Positions 1-12,389 of a DNA stretch of 64,000 bases are shown one piece after another. The notes beneath the pieces are model-generated. The model saw only the letters and a list, made by a program, of their open reading frames with translations. It was not told the DNA's origin and did no database searches. A program made the position numbers and the translations under genes. Source of the stretch: Octopus sinensis (Eukaryota); NCBI RefSeq assembly GCF_006345805.1, contig NC_043009.1:44454001-44518000 (forward strand), in the 5' to 3' direction. The first letter of the stretch is position 1. Each line of letters starts with the position of its first letter.

Positions 1-376
1 AGATAAATTTTTTAAGAACTTGCTGCGGTCATCGAGCGGGAGTTGAAATTGAAGAAGAAAGTAGTTGAACTGGGAATTTAAATTGCAGAATCGTAATAGT
101 AATAGTAATGGCGGTTTTCAAGTTTTAGCATATGAAGAAGAAGAGGAGGAAAAAAAGACCGCCAATGACTGAAAGATGGGAAAAGATGGGATTACGGCTT
201 GAGGCAGCCTGCGGTTAATATTGTAGAGAGAGAGATAGGAAGATAAATCAAGTTATGGCGAAGGCTTGAAAGTATCTTAAAAAAGTTAAATTTTCGTAAC
301 ATTCATGCACATGTGTATGTGTGTATATAAGTGTATGTATATGTTTGTATATGTATACATATGTGTATATATCTGT

Positions 377-530
377 GTGGCTGTGTAGTTGCTTGCTTCC
401 TGATCACATAGTTTCAAGTTCAGTCCCACTGCATGGCAACTTGGGCAAGTGTCTTCTTCGAGAGTCCTGGGTTGACCAATGCATCATAAGTGGATTCGGT
501 CTGTGGGAATTGAAAGTAACCTACTCTGTG
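377..530 (+). mobile_element. SINE family A, 5' fragment
   Basis: gttcagtcccactgcatggcaacttgggcaagtgtcttct head motif. Confidence 0.72.
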
Positions 531-773
531 CGTGTGTGTGTGTATTGCATGTTGTGTTACATATCAGGACAGAAGATAACAGGTACATACAACTCATGCT
601 CTGTTGAACTTCATCCTTAAACTCCAACTTGGAACTTCAACTATTAAGTGCAGGGATGTTATAGCTACCTAAACGAAGATTGGTCATAAGCAGTGTTTTC
701 ACTGAACTGCTACTATAATCGTTATGAACATTCCTCACCTGTGGTGTATTGATCTTTTTGTTATTTAAATTTT

Positions 774-1152
774 CTCTTTACTCGTTTACTTGTTTCAGTC
801 ATTTGACTGTGGCCATGCTGGAGCACCGCCTTTAGTCGAGCAAATCGACCCCATGACATATTCCTTGTAAGCCTAGTACTTATTCTATTGGTCTCTTTTG
901 CCGAACCGCTAAGTTACAGAGACGTAAACACACCAGCATCGGTTGTCAAGTGATGTTGGGGGCGACAAACACAGACATACAAACACATATATATACGACG
1001 ATCTTCTTTCAGTTTCCGTCTACCAAATCCACTCACAAGGCTTTGGTCAGCCTGAGGCTATAGTAGAAGACACTTGCCCAAGGTGCCACGCAGTGGGACT
1101 GAACCCGGAACCATGTGATTGGTAAGCAAGCTACTTACCACACAGCCACTCC
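774..1152 (-). mobile_element. SINE family A (tRNA-headed, CORE-like ccttgggcaagt motif), full length
   Basis: Reverse complement of the 57572-58012 copy; B-box-like gggttcagtccc and (GTAAAA) tail. Confidence 0.9.
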
Positions 1153-1410
1153 ACCTTTAAGTTGTATAAATAAATGTCTTATTCTGATTTGATACCACTT
1201 GTCTACTTGTTTGCTCTGTTAATATATATGTGTGTGTGTGTGTGTGTGTCCTTATCTTGATAACATGTGACAGTTGTAAATGAGTGTCATTGTTGTACAT
1301 GCAGGATCATTTATTTCCAGTATTCTGTGAGAGCGTGTCTGGCCGTGAGGAAAATATTAATTCTCTGTCTCGATTTATCTCTAGTAAAAAGAGGCAAAGG
1401 TTACCTTCTC

Positions 1411-1658
1411 CATCATCATCGTTTAGCGTCCGCTTTCCATGCTAGCATGGGTTGGACGGTTCAACTGGGGTCTGGGAAGCCAGAAGGCTGCACCAGGCCC
1501 AGTCTGATCTGGCAATGTTTCTACGGCTGGATGCCCTTCCTAACGCAAACCACTCCGTGAGTGTAGTAGGTGCCTTTTACGTGCCACCGGCACAGGTGCC
1601 AGACGAGGCTGGCAAACGGCCACGATCGGATGGTGCTTTTTACGTGCCACCGGCACGA
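1411..1658 (-). mobile_element. RTE 3'-UTR fragment
   Basis: catcatcatcgtttagcgtccgctttccatgctagc...; matches the tail of the 31630 element. Confidence 0.88.
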
Positions 1659-1671
1659 GCCATGCCAATTC

Positions 1672-1888
1672 ATAAGGGCTGGTTTCCATGGCATATAAAT
1701 TCCCCACCTGGATAGGGTGCCAGTACATTGTAAGCTTACTCATTTTTATCAGTTGAGTGGACTGGAGCAATGTGAAATTAAGTGTTTTTCTCAAGAACAC
1801 AATGTGCTGCCCGGTCCAGAAATCGAAACCACAATCTTACGACCATGAGTTCAGCACCCTAACCACCAAGCCATATGTGCCTCCACAT
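1672..1888 (-). mobile_element. SINE family C
   Basis: Reverse complement of a tRNA-like head plus gtgttcttgag motif; matches 22023-22222. Confidence 0.78.
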
Positions 1889-2027
1889 GTCGATCTCTTT
1901 CTTTCTCTCAACCAGAAATTGAAACTGTATCCCCTTGGTTTGCTGGGAGCTTACCAACACTTTATGGCACTTGCATATGCATGTGTGTGTGTGTGCGCGT
2001 GTGCACACACACATACACACACACACA

Positions 2028-2063
<36 letters not shown>

Positions 2064-3984
2064 CAAGTATTTCTCTCTCTCTCTTCTGGATGTCTGCTTT
2101 CTCCCTGTATCCTTCTTTCTTAATCTCTGTTTTTCTTACTCTCATTCTTACATATACTATGTTAAACTTTCACTCTTTCTTTCGTTAAAGCACCTTCTCT
2201 GTTTCTCTACCCCCATCCCCCCTTCTCTCCCTGACTGCCTTCTCTGTCTCTTAACTTTTCTGAAGTTTGTGTTCCACTCTCTGTAAGGATTTTAAAAGTG
2301 TTACTTTAATCTAAAATACAGTCCTGTTTTAGAGGGAGTGAGAGAGAGAAAGTGAATGAGAGGGGAAGAGAGAGAGATAATGGTTTAGATTTCCGGCACC
2401 ATGACATTTTTTTGCTTTACCATGTTGGATAGAATATCCTTCACAGCTCCTCCTATAAAAATGCTTCCTTGCTATTTTTTTTGTTTTCTGCTCCCCTCCC
2501 GCCTTCCCTCATCTGGTGTATTTTCACTACTTCTGCTTCTGCACTCCCCCCTCCATCTCCTTGTTCCTTTTCCTACCACCACCATCACCACCAACACCGA
2601 AAGAGGCACCAGTCCTGAATTAATTAGTGTCATAAGTTCTTCTATGGTTTACTGGTTCTCACTTTTAGGTGGCAAAGCATTGCAACTGGGATTTGTTATA
2701 TTTAGGACAGTACAGTGGTGTGGGTAAAAAACGTGAATGAATTCCCCCACCACCACCATCACACAACTACCTCCACACCCTCCTATCATATATATACACT
2801 TTCATTTGAGAAAGTATTCACATAAATTACAGCATATATTGATATGTGTTTATGTGTGTGTGTGTGTTAACAATTTCCTTTGCATTTAGGAAAATAGCTT
2901 ATGTGCACTTATTTTTATCAGAGAATTTCCTTACACACATCCAAGCAGACACACACATGCATGCATGCATACACATGCATATATGCATAGACATATTGCA
3001 ATAATATATAACCTGTTCATTTTTAGCATTCTTTCATCTATCAGCAATGAAACTGGCCGAGTCATTAGAATATTGTATAGAATACTATTTGGTATTTCTT
3101 ACAAATGACTACTACACTTGGGGTTCAAATCCCACCAGAATCAGTTTGACTTTCTTCCTTTCAGGGCTGACAAAAAAAAACAAAAAAAAAACCCAATCTA
3201 GGGCAGTAGATTGGCAAAATTAAAAGAATATAGAGCTGGATATCATGTAGTATTTGTTCTACCTTGTGTTTTGGAGTCAAATCCCTCTGGGACAAAATCT
3301 CTTTGGGACCAAATCCCTCTGAGACCTACTTAAGTGGTATAGATTTAATGTGTCTCCCAATTTAATACCACTACATGGTGCCACGGGTGTCTTTAGTAGA
3401 GAGTCCCCTCTGATGTGAGCATTCAGGTCAAATCTTGTTTTTGATGGAGGAAGAGGTATCTCCTTCCCTCTTACCTGTTCCTGAGGCCCGTTAAAGGGTC
3501 ATGGACACTACCTTCCCTTCTGATCAAAACATGTAAAAATATTGTGCACAGGGCTATTACAAACCCATTTTACTATTCCCTTACATATATATTCTTACGC
3601 ATGAAATATTCTGCTCATGAAATTTGCATGTAAGTGGCTGAGCACTCCACAAACGCATGTACCCTTAACATTGTTCTCAAGGAGATTCACCGTGACACAG
3701 AATGTGATATATAAAGTGTCTTACTCAAGGACACAATGCAGCACCTGGAATCGAACTCATGACTTTAAGATCATATGCCAAATACCCTAACCACTAAGTC
3801 ACACATTTCAATTATATATATATATAACTAAAAATAAGGGTATCTGAGAGACACCACCATGCCGAAATAGCAGTCAAATCCCTGACTCTAAAAACCACGT
3901 TAAATGTTCATATTTTTAGTTGTAAAAAATTATTACCTTTGTATGGTATTTTTCCCATGCTGGCCACTTGATAATATCGATATT

Positions 3985-4415
3985 ATCATCATCATCATTT
4001 AGCGTCTGTTTTCCATGCTAGCATGGGTTGGACGGTTCAACTGGGGTCTGTGAAGCCAGAAGGCTGCATCAACCCAGTCTGATCTGTCAGTGTTTCTACG
4101 GCTGGATGCCCTTCCTAACGCCAACCACTCAGTGAGTGTAGTGGGTGCTTTTTACGTGCCACCCACACAGGTGCCAGATGGAGCTGGCAAACAACCACAG
4201 ACGGATGGTGCTTTTTACGTGCCACCGGCACGGGGGCCAGGCGAGGCTGGCAACGGCCACGATCGGGTGGTGCTTTTTACGTGCCAGGCGATGCTGGCAA
4301 CGGCCACGAATGGATGGTGCTTTTTACGTGTCACCGGCACAGAGGCCAGTCGGGGCAGCGCTGGCAACAGCCACGTTCGGATGGTTCGCTTACTTGTCAC
4401 CGGCACTGGTATCAC
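3985..4415 (-). mobile_element. RTE 3'-UTR fragment with internal tandem units
   Basis: Same tail, plus five tg(c/t)cacc-type unit motifs. Confidence 0.88.
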
Positions 4416-4452
4416 AATAAATTTATATATATATATATTTATATATATATAT

Positions 4453-4680
4453 ATTTCTTTATTACCCACAAGGGGCTAAACACAGAGGGGACAAGCAAGG
4501 ACAGGCAAAGGGATTAAGTCGATTACATCGACCCCAGTGTGTAACTGGTACTTAATTTATCGACCTCGAAAGGATGAAAGGCAAAGTCGACCTTGGTGGA
4601 ATTTGAACTCTGAACATAATGGCAGATGAAATACGGCTACGAATTTTGCCCGGTGTGCTAACGTTTCTGCTCACCACCTT
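4453..4680 (-). mobile_element. SINE family B
   Basis: Near-identical to 63001-63230. Confidence 0.9.
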
Positions 4681-5034
4681 AATAATATATATATGTTCCA
4701 TTCTATGTTCCATTTGTTAGTTTCAGTCATGCCAAATCTCCCTGAGAACTACATTGAGGATATGCATGTTTGTGGCGTGTTCAGCAAATTTGTACGTTAA
4801 TTTTACAAGCAGGCTGTTCTATAGGTCAGATAAAAGGGAATCCTCATTGTCATAACTGACAGAGAGCCAGAAGTGATTAAAGTAGGGTTTGTGAAAGGTA
4901 TCAGCTATTTTAAGCAACTGAAATATTTTGCAGCCACTAAGTTAATACCCACTGATCATGGATTATTTGACTTGTGGCAAGTATCTACTTGTGGTTGCAT
5001 GTGGCACAGGTCAAATTATTGATCAACATTCACT

Positions 5035-5625
5035 TTTATCTTTCACTTGTTTCAGTCATTAGACTGTGGCCATGCTGAGGCATCACCTTGAAGGGTTCCC
5101 AACCTTATTTTGCTTGTAGACCCCCTGCGAGCTATCTAATCATCTGTAGACCCCATATATGCACATGTAAATTTTTGAAATAAAATATTTGTTTGTAGCT
5201 TAGTAAAAACTAACAGTGAAGCAATTTCGTTATAGACATAACATAAATTCCAAATACAAATCTTGAAAATTTCATAAAATACAGGTACCTCACCTAGTAA
5301 ACAAAATTTATATATGGACCCACAAATTACAATTTTTCACCCATGGAGCCCCTTAAAGCTTCTGTGGGCCCCAGTTGGGAACCCCCGGTTTAGTCAAACA
5401 AATTTATCCTAGTACTTATTTTTTAAAAGTCTGGTACTTAATCTATCAATCTCTTTTGCTGAAGTGCTAAGTTATGGGGATGTAAGCAAACCACGCGCAC
5501 TTACAAAGCTATGGTCGGCCTGGGGCTATAGTAGACGACATCAAAGGTACCATACTGTGGGACTGAACTCAAGACCATATGATTACGCAGCAACCCTCTT
5601 TAACGACACAGTCATGTTGGCACCT
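5035..5625 (-). mobile_element. SINE family A split by a hAT-like MITE
   Basis: SINE tail 5035-5092 and remainder 5388-5625 flank the MITE. Confidence 0.72.
5092..5390. mobile_element. hAT/Charlie-like MITE
   Basis: Inverted ends gggttcccaac ... gttgggaaccc, resembling CAGTGGTTCCCAAC-type TIRs; related ends at ~35140 and ~56080. Confidence 0.6.
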
Positions 5626-6270
5626 GTATGAATGTTACTTCACTACTTGCTGTTGACAAATAAAGATACAGCAAGTTCAGTTTTTTGTTTTTTGTGTGGT
5701 GGGTTTTTTTTTCTCTCCCATTGGTGCTTATATCAAAAATAAAGGGTTTGAAACACCTCAGAGCTACTTATTCCTACTGTCATTGATGTTTTCAAGTATT
5801 CTTTGATATTCAGAATTAAGAAAGAATGAGAGCGAGAGAGAAAGATAGGAGGAAGATAGAGGCCTTGTATTTAGGTTAAATTCTATAAAAAAGTTTAGAA
5901 TAGTGAGTTTGGAAAGAATGGTTCTACAAGATAAAGTAAGTGAAAAATCAATTGCCCAGACTTGGGGTTTATCAAACTTTTCGAGTACTCTGCTCTGTCC
6001 CTGCCCCCACCCCCAGGTCCACCCTTCTTTTGATTTTTGTATTTACTTAATGTTTTAACCTCTCTCTCACTCACACACATGCACTTGTACATTACATCCT
6101 TTTTCTCTTTTTTTTTTCAGTAGTGATCTCATTTTCACGTCTTCCTTTATAAAAACAGAAATTTTTGTTATCCTCCTCCTCCTCCTGAATTAGAATACAG
6201 AATGTGAAGATGGACAAAATTCTGCTAAGGATTATTCCTGATGTGCCAATGATTCTGCCAGCTCACTGCC

Positions 6271-6272
6271 TT

Positions 6273-6312
<40 letters not shown>

Positions 6313-6523
6313 GTTTCAAATTTTTCCACAAGGGCAGCAATTTTGGGGAAGGGGACGAGTCGATTACATTGCCCCCAATGCTCAACTGGTACTTATTTCA
6401 TCAACCCTGAAAGAATGAAAGGCAAAATCAACCTTGGTGGAATTTGAACTCAGAACATTATGATGGGCAAAATACTGCTAAGCATTTTGCTCAGTGCGCT
6501 GACGATTCTGCCAGCTCACCGCC
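6271..6523 (-). mobile_element. SINE family B variant with (TTA)n tail
   Basis: Family B head with an alternative tail ...gcccttgtggaaaaatttgaaacca(tta)n. Related fragments at 7012-7195, 13290-13750, 40600-41210, 52630-53060 and 60480-60900. Confidence 0.8.
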
Positions 6524-7011
6524 TTAATAATAATAATAATTCTTTTTATTGGCCACAAGGGCTGACACACATGATTAGAAAACATAAAGGGACAAAACAG
6601 GACGAAAGGTTACAAAGGGTTTTGTCCGTTTGTGAAAAAATCGTGTAAAAACAGTGTAACAATCAAATAATATAACAACAAAAAACTCCCAATAGGGGGA
6701 GGTGTTACGAAAGATTCCTAGTGGAAAAACCCATAAAAGCCAACGGGAGCCTGGTCAAAAGTGGGGTAGAGAGCCCCTTTCTCCTTTTATAACACCTTTT
6801 TCAATTACAGGCTAAACCTGAGAATTGGTCCATTTATACTGGCCATTCTTGCACAATTCACCCACCTTTCAGAAAAATTGCTATCAGACAGCACTCTCCT
6901 CTCTAACCTCATCTTCTTTTTCAAGTGAAACTTGAAAAAGTTGATGAGGCCTTCACCAAAGAGGAAAGTGTCTGACTTTAGCCCTTTCAAACGGGTCCAC
7001 CATACAACCTC
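6524..7011 (-). mobile_element. L1/Tx1-like LINE 3' end (ORF2 end, 3' UTR, (TTA)n tail)
   Basis: EVVWWTRLKGLKSDTFLFGEGLINFFKFHLKKKMRLERR...FSL* followed by a UTR ending gcccttgtggccaataaaaaga(att)n. Confidence 0.8.
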
Positions 7012-7339
7012 TAATGGTTTCAAATTTTGGCACAAAGTCAGCAATTTTAAGGAAGAGGGTAAGTTGATGATGTCAACTCCAGTTTTCAACTATTTAATTT
7101 GTTAGCCTTGAAAGGATGAAAGGCAAAGTTTACTCAAGTGGAATTTGAACTCAGATCATAAAATATCGGAAGAAATGTCTGAAGTACCGCCTTAATAATA
7201 TCATCTCTTTAGTCTGATGTTCTGCTTTAAAATAGCTCTTTCTACTATTGGCACAAAGCCTGAAATTTTCGGTTAGGGGCTAGTCAGTGATATTGACCCT
7301 AGTACTCAACTGGTACTTAAAACAAAAACAGCATATATC

Positions 7340-7690
7340 TTTTACCTTTTACTTGTTTCAGTCATTAAACCATGGCCATGCTGGGGCATCGCATTGAAGA
7401 ATTTTTTTTGTCAAATGAATCTACCTCAGTACTTATCTTATATTTTAAGCCTGATATCTAGTCTGTCAGTCTCTTTTGCTGAACTTGTAAATTGTGGGGA
7501 TGTAAATATACCAACACTGGTTGTCAAGTGGTGGTGAGGGGGGAAAACACAGACACAAAGACACACACACACACACATGACAGGCATCTTTCAGTTTTCA
7601 GCTACCAAATCCACTCGCAAGGCCCGAGGCTATAAGATAGAGAAAACTTGCTCAAGGTGTCATGCAGTGGGACTGAACCCAACTTCCTCC
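7340..7690 (-). mobile_element. SINE family A
   Basis: cttgtttcagtcatt tail, central (CA)n and gtgggactgaaccc head. Confidence 0.8.
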
Positions 7691-8320
7691 CCCCACACAC
7701 ACACATACACACAGACACTCACACAGTAAAACAAGTTAAAACAAATAGGTGGGTGGGGTGGAGCCAGTGGAGTGCAGGTGGTGGTGGTGGAGCCAGTGGA
7801 GTGCAGGTGGTGGTGGGGAATAGACCCTCATTGTATAAAACAACGGCAAAATTTTTTATCTCGACAATGAAGTTTCTCATGAGAAACACTGCAATGTATA
7901 TATATTCTTTTTCTGTTTTTTCTCCCTTAATTTTAATTTTATTTTCTTTTTTTAACTTTTATTTATCTCATTTATTTATTTATTTATTTGACTAAAATTT
8001 CCAAAATTCCAGCTCACTTTATATTTTATGTGTCTGTATCTTTGCACACATGAGATTCGTTTTTAAATCATTTACTCCCTTTCTCTCAATAAATTACTCA
8101 ACATCTGGATCGACGCCTACATTTCCAGGGTCTATTTAACATCTGTGTCTTCGTGTTTTTTTTTTATCACTCCCTCTCCTCCCGCATCATTTTTTTTATG
8201 AATGGGACATATTTAATGAAAGGTTTCCGGCCCACACCCATGTGATAGATTATTTAATCTTCATATATGTATGTATGTGTGTGTTTGTGTATATGTGCGT
8301 GTGTACCTGTGCACATATAC

Positions 8321-8370
<50 letters not shown>

Positions 8371-8427
8371 TATGCACACATTCACACAAATATTTGTATA
8401 TATGTGTATGTATGTGTGAATATGAAT

Positions 8428-8464
<37 letters not shown>

Positions 8465-8753
8465 CACACATGCACACATACACACACATATATCATCATT
8501 TAATGTCTGTTTCCCATTCTGGTATGGATTGACCAGAGCTAATAAGGTCAAGGGCTGCACTTAACTCCATTGTCTGTTCTGGCATGGTTTCCATGGCTGA
8601 ATGCCTCTCCTAACACCAGCCTCTGCACAGACTATACTCGGTGCATTTTATGTAGCACCAATACTAAAATATGTGCATGCACATTTGTGCAAATATTCAT
8701 AATTGTATGCATGTGTGTGTGTGCATCATCATCATCCTTTAATATCCATTTAT

Positions 8754-9155
8754 AGGCGTAGGAGTGGCTGTGTGGTAAGTAGCTTGTTTACCAGCCACAT
8801 GGTTCCAGGTTCAGTCCCACTGCATGGCCCCTTGGGCAAGTGTCTTCTACTATAGCCTCAGGTCGACCAAAGCCTTGTGGGTGGATTTGGTAGACGGAAA
8901 CTGAAAGAAGTCCGTCGTATATATGTATATATATATATGTGTGTGTGTATATGTTTGTGTGTCTGTGTTTGTCCCCCCAACATCGCTTGACAACCAATGC
9001 TGGTGTGTTTATGTCACTGTAACTTAGCGGTTCAGTAAAAGAGACCAATAGAATAAGTACTAGGCTTACAAAGAAAAAGTCCTGGAGTCGATTTGCTCGA
9101 CTAAAGGCGGTGCTCTAGCATGGCCACAGTCAAATGACTGAAATGAGTAAAAGAG
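8754..9155 (+). mobile_element. SINE family A, full length
   Basis: aggcgtaggagtggctgtgtggtaag...aaatgagtaaaagag. Confidence 0.92.
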
Positions 9156-9254
9156 TATATGTGTGTGTATGTGTACACACACACACATACACAAAAGTGA
9201 GTCATTCCTGTCTTCACTATGTTATTTCTCTTTCTCTCCCCACTCTCACTTAGG

Positions 9255-9593
9255 TAACCATGTATCTCCTCTACAGCAAAACACCTATTACTGACCCTTT
9301 ATTCATACCCTAACCTTCCAGCACCTGGCACAAGGCCACTTCCCTCAATATATCTCCCACCTTAGTCAAGAGGTCTTGTCTTACAAGTTACTTGGTGACC
9401 TCACTGTTGCTAGGGCCACATAAAAAGCACTCAGTACATTTTTGTAAAGTGGTTAGCATTAGGAAGGGCATCTAGCCAGAGTAACCATGACAAAACAGAT
9501 GGAAGGGCTTGGTGCAGTCTTCTGACTTGCCAGCTCCTGTCAAACCTTCCAACTCATGCCAGCATGGAAGGAGGTCATCTTATGATGATGATG
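9255..9593 (+). mobile_element. Older RTE-related 3' end
   Basis: taggaagggcatctagcc block and tgatgatgatg tail; reverse-complement relative at 48066-48540. Confidence 0.65.
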
Positions 9594-9618
9594 AAGAAAA
9601 TTAGATGTACATGCATCA

Positions 9619-10075
9619 CTGGATGTGGAGGTCACCCTCTGGTCACTACAGTCATATAAGGTTTTGTTATTACATTAACAGGACCATAATGGAGAGGCAA
9701 ATGAGGGGAAGAGTCAAAAATCTGCTGAGCTGGAGGTGAGTTAAGTTGAAACAGTGGCTAGCAAGCATGATGTGACTCCCATTGAGGTGGGTACAGAAGG
9801 TTTTTCAGGCCACCCTTTCTATAGACTACATAACATATTGGGTATCACAAGGGCCAGGAGATTGAAGGCCATCAAGTTGGCCTTCAATGGAGATTTTGCT
9901 CCAAGCTGTGGATCAGGAGGTGTGGGCCCTAGTGCTAAGTGGACATGAGCTGGTGTTTGATCAATTCTGGTTGAGTAGCCTAAATGGAGGGTGTCTGATT
10001 TTTGTCAAAACCTGATATACCCAATTACCCCAGAAAACCTCATTGATGATTTGTCAAGATGCATCAAAGGATGAT
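9619..10075 (+). mobile_element. Decayed Hero/NeSL-like (restriction-like-endonuclease) LINE 3' end
   Basis: Frame 1 reads DVEVTLWS..KVLLL*..EANEGKSQKSAEL..*..PIEVGTEGFSG..LGITRARRLKAIK, then LWIRR after a frameshift. This matches the Hero-type RLE pattern PD.VLWS..EA.ERK..KY.EL..PIEVG.RGF..LGI..WLWIRR as I recall it. Confidence 0.68.
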
Positions 10076-10539
10076 GTGTGAAAAAAAAATTACCACCGCT
10101 GCTCTTCTTTCTATTTGCTTCAAAGAAAGGCAACATTTGGTGAACTTTTCTGTTTTTTCATTACATACGGTAAGTCGAAAGTCACATACAAAATAAGTTC
10201 AGTGCCTCTTGGAATTGTCAGACATGCTTTAATTTTTCTAAAATTGAATGAAATATATACACAAATTTGTACATGTTGTGGCCACTAGAAGTGACTAGAA
10301 GGAGAATGCATCTAATAGTACATGCACTTTTCTTTTTCCTGTTAATGGGGATGGGGGACAACTATAAATTAATTGTGGATCATTAATGATTCACTCTTAA
10401 GTATATGTATGTGAGTGTTTGAGAGAATGTGTGGGTGTATGTAAGAGTGCATGTGTGTGTTTTGATCAACTAGAGTGGTTTGTTGCATTGTACTATGAGT
10501 GGGATTAAATTATAATGAGATTATTCCACAGACTTCCTT

Positions 10540-10829
10540 CCTTCTTAAGCCATGCCTGGCTCATAAGGGCCGGTTTCCCAGCTTCCTTGGTGTATAGGTT
10601 CCACATCTGAACAGGACACCGGTCCATCACAGCTGCAAGATGCAGGAGGAAAGAGTGAGAGAAAGTTGTGGCGAAAGAGTGAGCAGAAGTTTGCCATTAC
10701 CTTCTGCCAGAGCCACGTGGAGCTTAGGTGTTTCGCTCATAAACACACACATTGCCCGGTCTGAGATTCGAACCCGCGATCCCTCGACCGTGAGTCCGCT
10801 GCTCTAACCATTAGGCCATGTGCCTCCAC
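10540..10829 (-). mobile_element. SINE family C variant
   Basis: Closely similar to 59762-60049; ttcgaacccgcgatccc B-box complement. Confidence 0.82.
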
Positions 10830-11995
10830 AAACGTAAAGACAGACGAAATACCGGTTAGCATTTTGTCTGATGTGCTAGCGACTTGCCAGCTTACCGCCT
10901 TAGATTCCACAGACTACACATAAAGTATTCTTTACAATCATCTGGCAGGACCAGAAATCAGCATAATTCAAAGGACCAGCCTAGTCCTTTTTTTTTCCCA
11001 TAACAGATACAGCCCATCTGACAAGGCTTGTGCACATTTTCTATCAACCCAGTTTCACTCATAAGACTTGGGTCAACTTGTAGCTATGGTCAGTGACACT
11101 TGGTCTAGTGTCTGTTTGATGACAGGATTTATTCTGGGTATATGTAAAACTATCCACGTCATTGCTTGAAAGTGAGAATTCACTGAGCATAAAGATCGCA
11201 GTGGGGTGTCTCAGTGGGAGCTTCTACTAGAGAAAGAAACCTTTATGGATGCAATCTTCCTGGTTTATATTTTAGATTGATATCTGTGCATGTTGTTATG
11301 AAAGTGTGTGTAAATATACAGTGACAACAGAGAGAGAGAGAGACTGAGAAATACTAATATAAATATACACATGAAAATACAGAAAATAAATGTGTATATG
11401 ATATGTACACACATGCATACTGTTCCTTCCCCTTTCATCATGTGATGCTTTGTCCCTTTCATCAGAGTTATAGTATGAAGGCACAAAACTGGTAAGGAAC
11501 AAATTTCAAGACTGTAAACAGATTTTAGTCTTCTCTTGGTGCCTGAAAGATTTAAATCTTTATACAGTGAGTTCTTGCTTCAGACCAATGGATAATCTTA
11601 AATATATATGTACCCACATACACAGTTAATAATTTATGCCAACCAGTTACTAAGCTAAATATAGTGAAAATTCCAGTATTTTGATGGTACTTTGGTTTAT
11701 TGGCTTGTTGGATGTTCAAAAATAAATTTAGCAGCAATAAGCTTTGTAGTTAGAACATAGAGAGACAAAACTAAATATTGTAATGCATATTTAATCCAGA
11801 GTTCTGTTGTGTTTTCAGCAACCCAATTGTTAAGTAATTTTTTCTTTCTTAAATTGATATAATTTAATTCATCGAAGAGGGTTTCACATAAAAAAATACA
11901 AAGATATAAAAGTGAACAGTAAAAGAGCCATAAAGAGGAAAGAGAGCATATTGATACATCAAGAGTAGTTTTCATAAATTTCAGGAAGCATGGAA

Positions 11996-12079
11996 TTTTT
12001 GAAGGATGTGGTATCCTGACAGTTAACAACTGATGCCCACATCAGTTGTTAACTGTCAGGATACCACATCCTTCAAAAA
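11996..12079. repeat. Perfect 40-bp inverted repeat with 4-nt loop
   Basis: 11996-12035 is the exact reverse complement of 12040-12079; loop ccca. Confidence 0.97.
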
Positions 12080-12080
12080 A

Positions 12081-12186
12081 GCAGATATTTGTCTCTTCCC
12101 CTCATTTGCTTCCCCAGTATGGTCCTGTTAATGTAATAACAAAACCTTATATGACTGTAGTGACCAGAGGGTGACCTCCACATCCA
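12081..12186 (-). repeat. Inverted copy of 9620-9725 (106 bp, 5 mismatches)
   Basis: Direct comparison of the two segments. Confidence 0.95.
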
Positions 12187-12389
12187 ATTTATTCCATGCT
12201 TCGAAAATTCTAAGTGTGTAAAAATATTTCCAAAAGTTATGGGGATTTTTTCTCAGTTTATCCAGCTTTCTTGCAATTCTATCAATCCACTGCCCTTATT
12301 AAGATTTCTAACGCAATTCCTTTTATTTATAGGTGTTTGTCATACCTATTTTTTCAGATTTCATTCTATGTAAAGCCCTAACTTACCTC

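Noticed and set aside
1452-1715. Recurrent ORF MDGSTGVWEARRLHQ... (also 4090, 17281, 23819, 31396, 31678, 53672 and 61554) as a possible gene family
   Set aside because: It is the antisense reading of the RTE 3' UTR; start and stop positions and frames are not conserved between copies.
11996-12079. Canonical pre-miRNA interpretation of the hairpin
   Set aside because: A mismatch-free 40-bp stem with a 4-nt loop next to a rearrangement junction fits fold-back DNA synthesis better, and I recognise no known miRNA seed. It is kept only as a structural finding.
9620-12186. 2.5-kb DNA transposon with 106-bp TIRs
   Set aside because: No TSD, no transposase, and the left repeat is an internal part of a Hero-like LINE remnant that continues past it.
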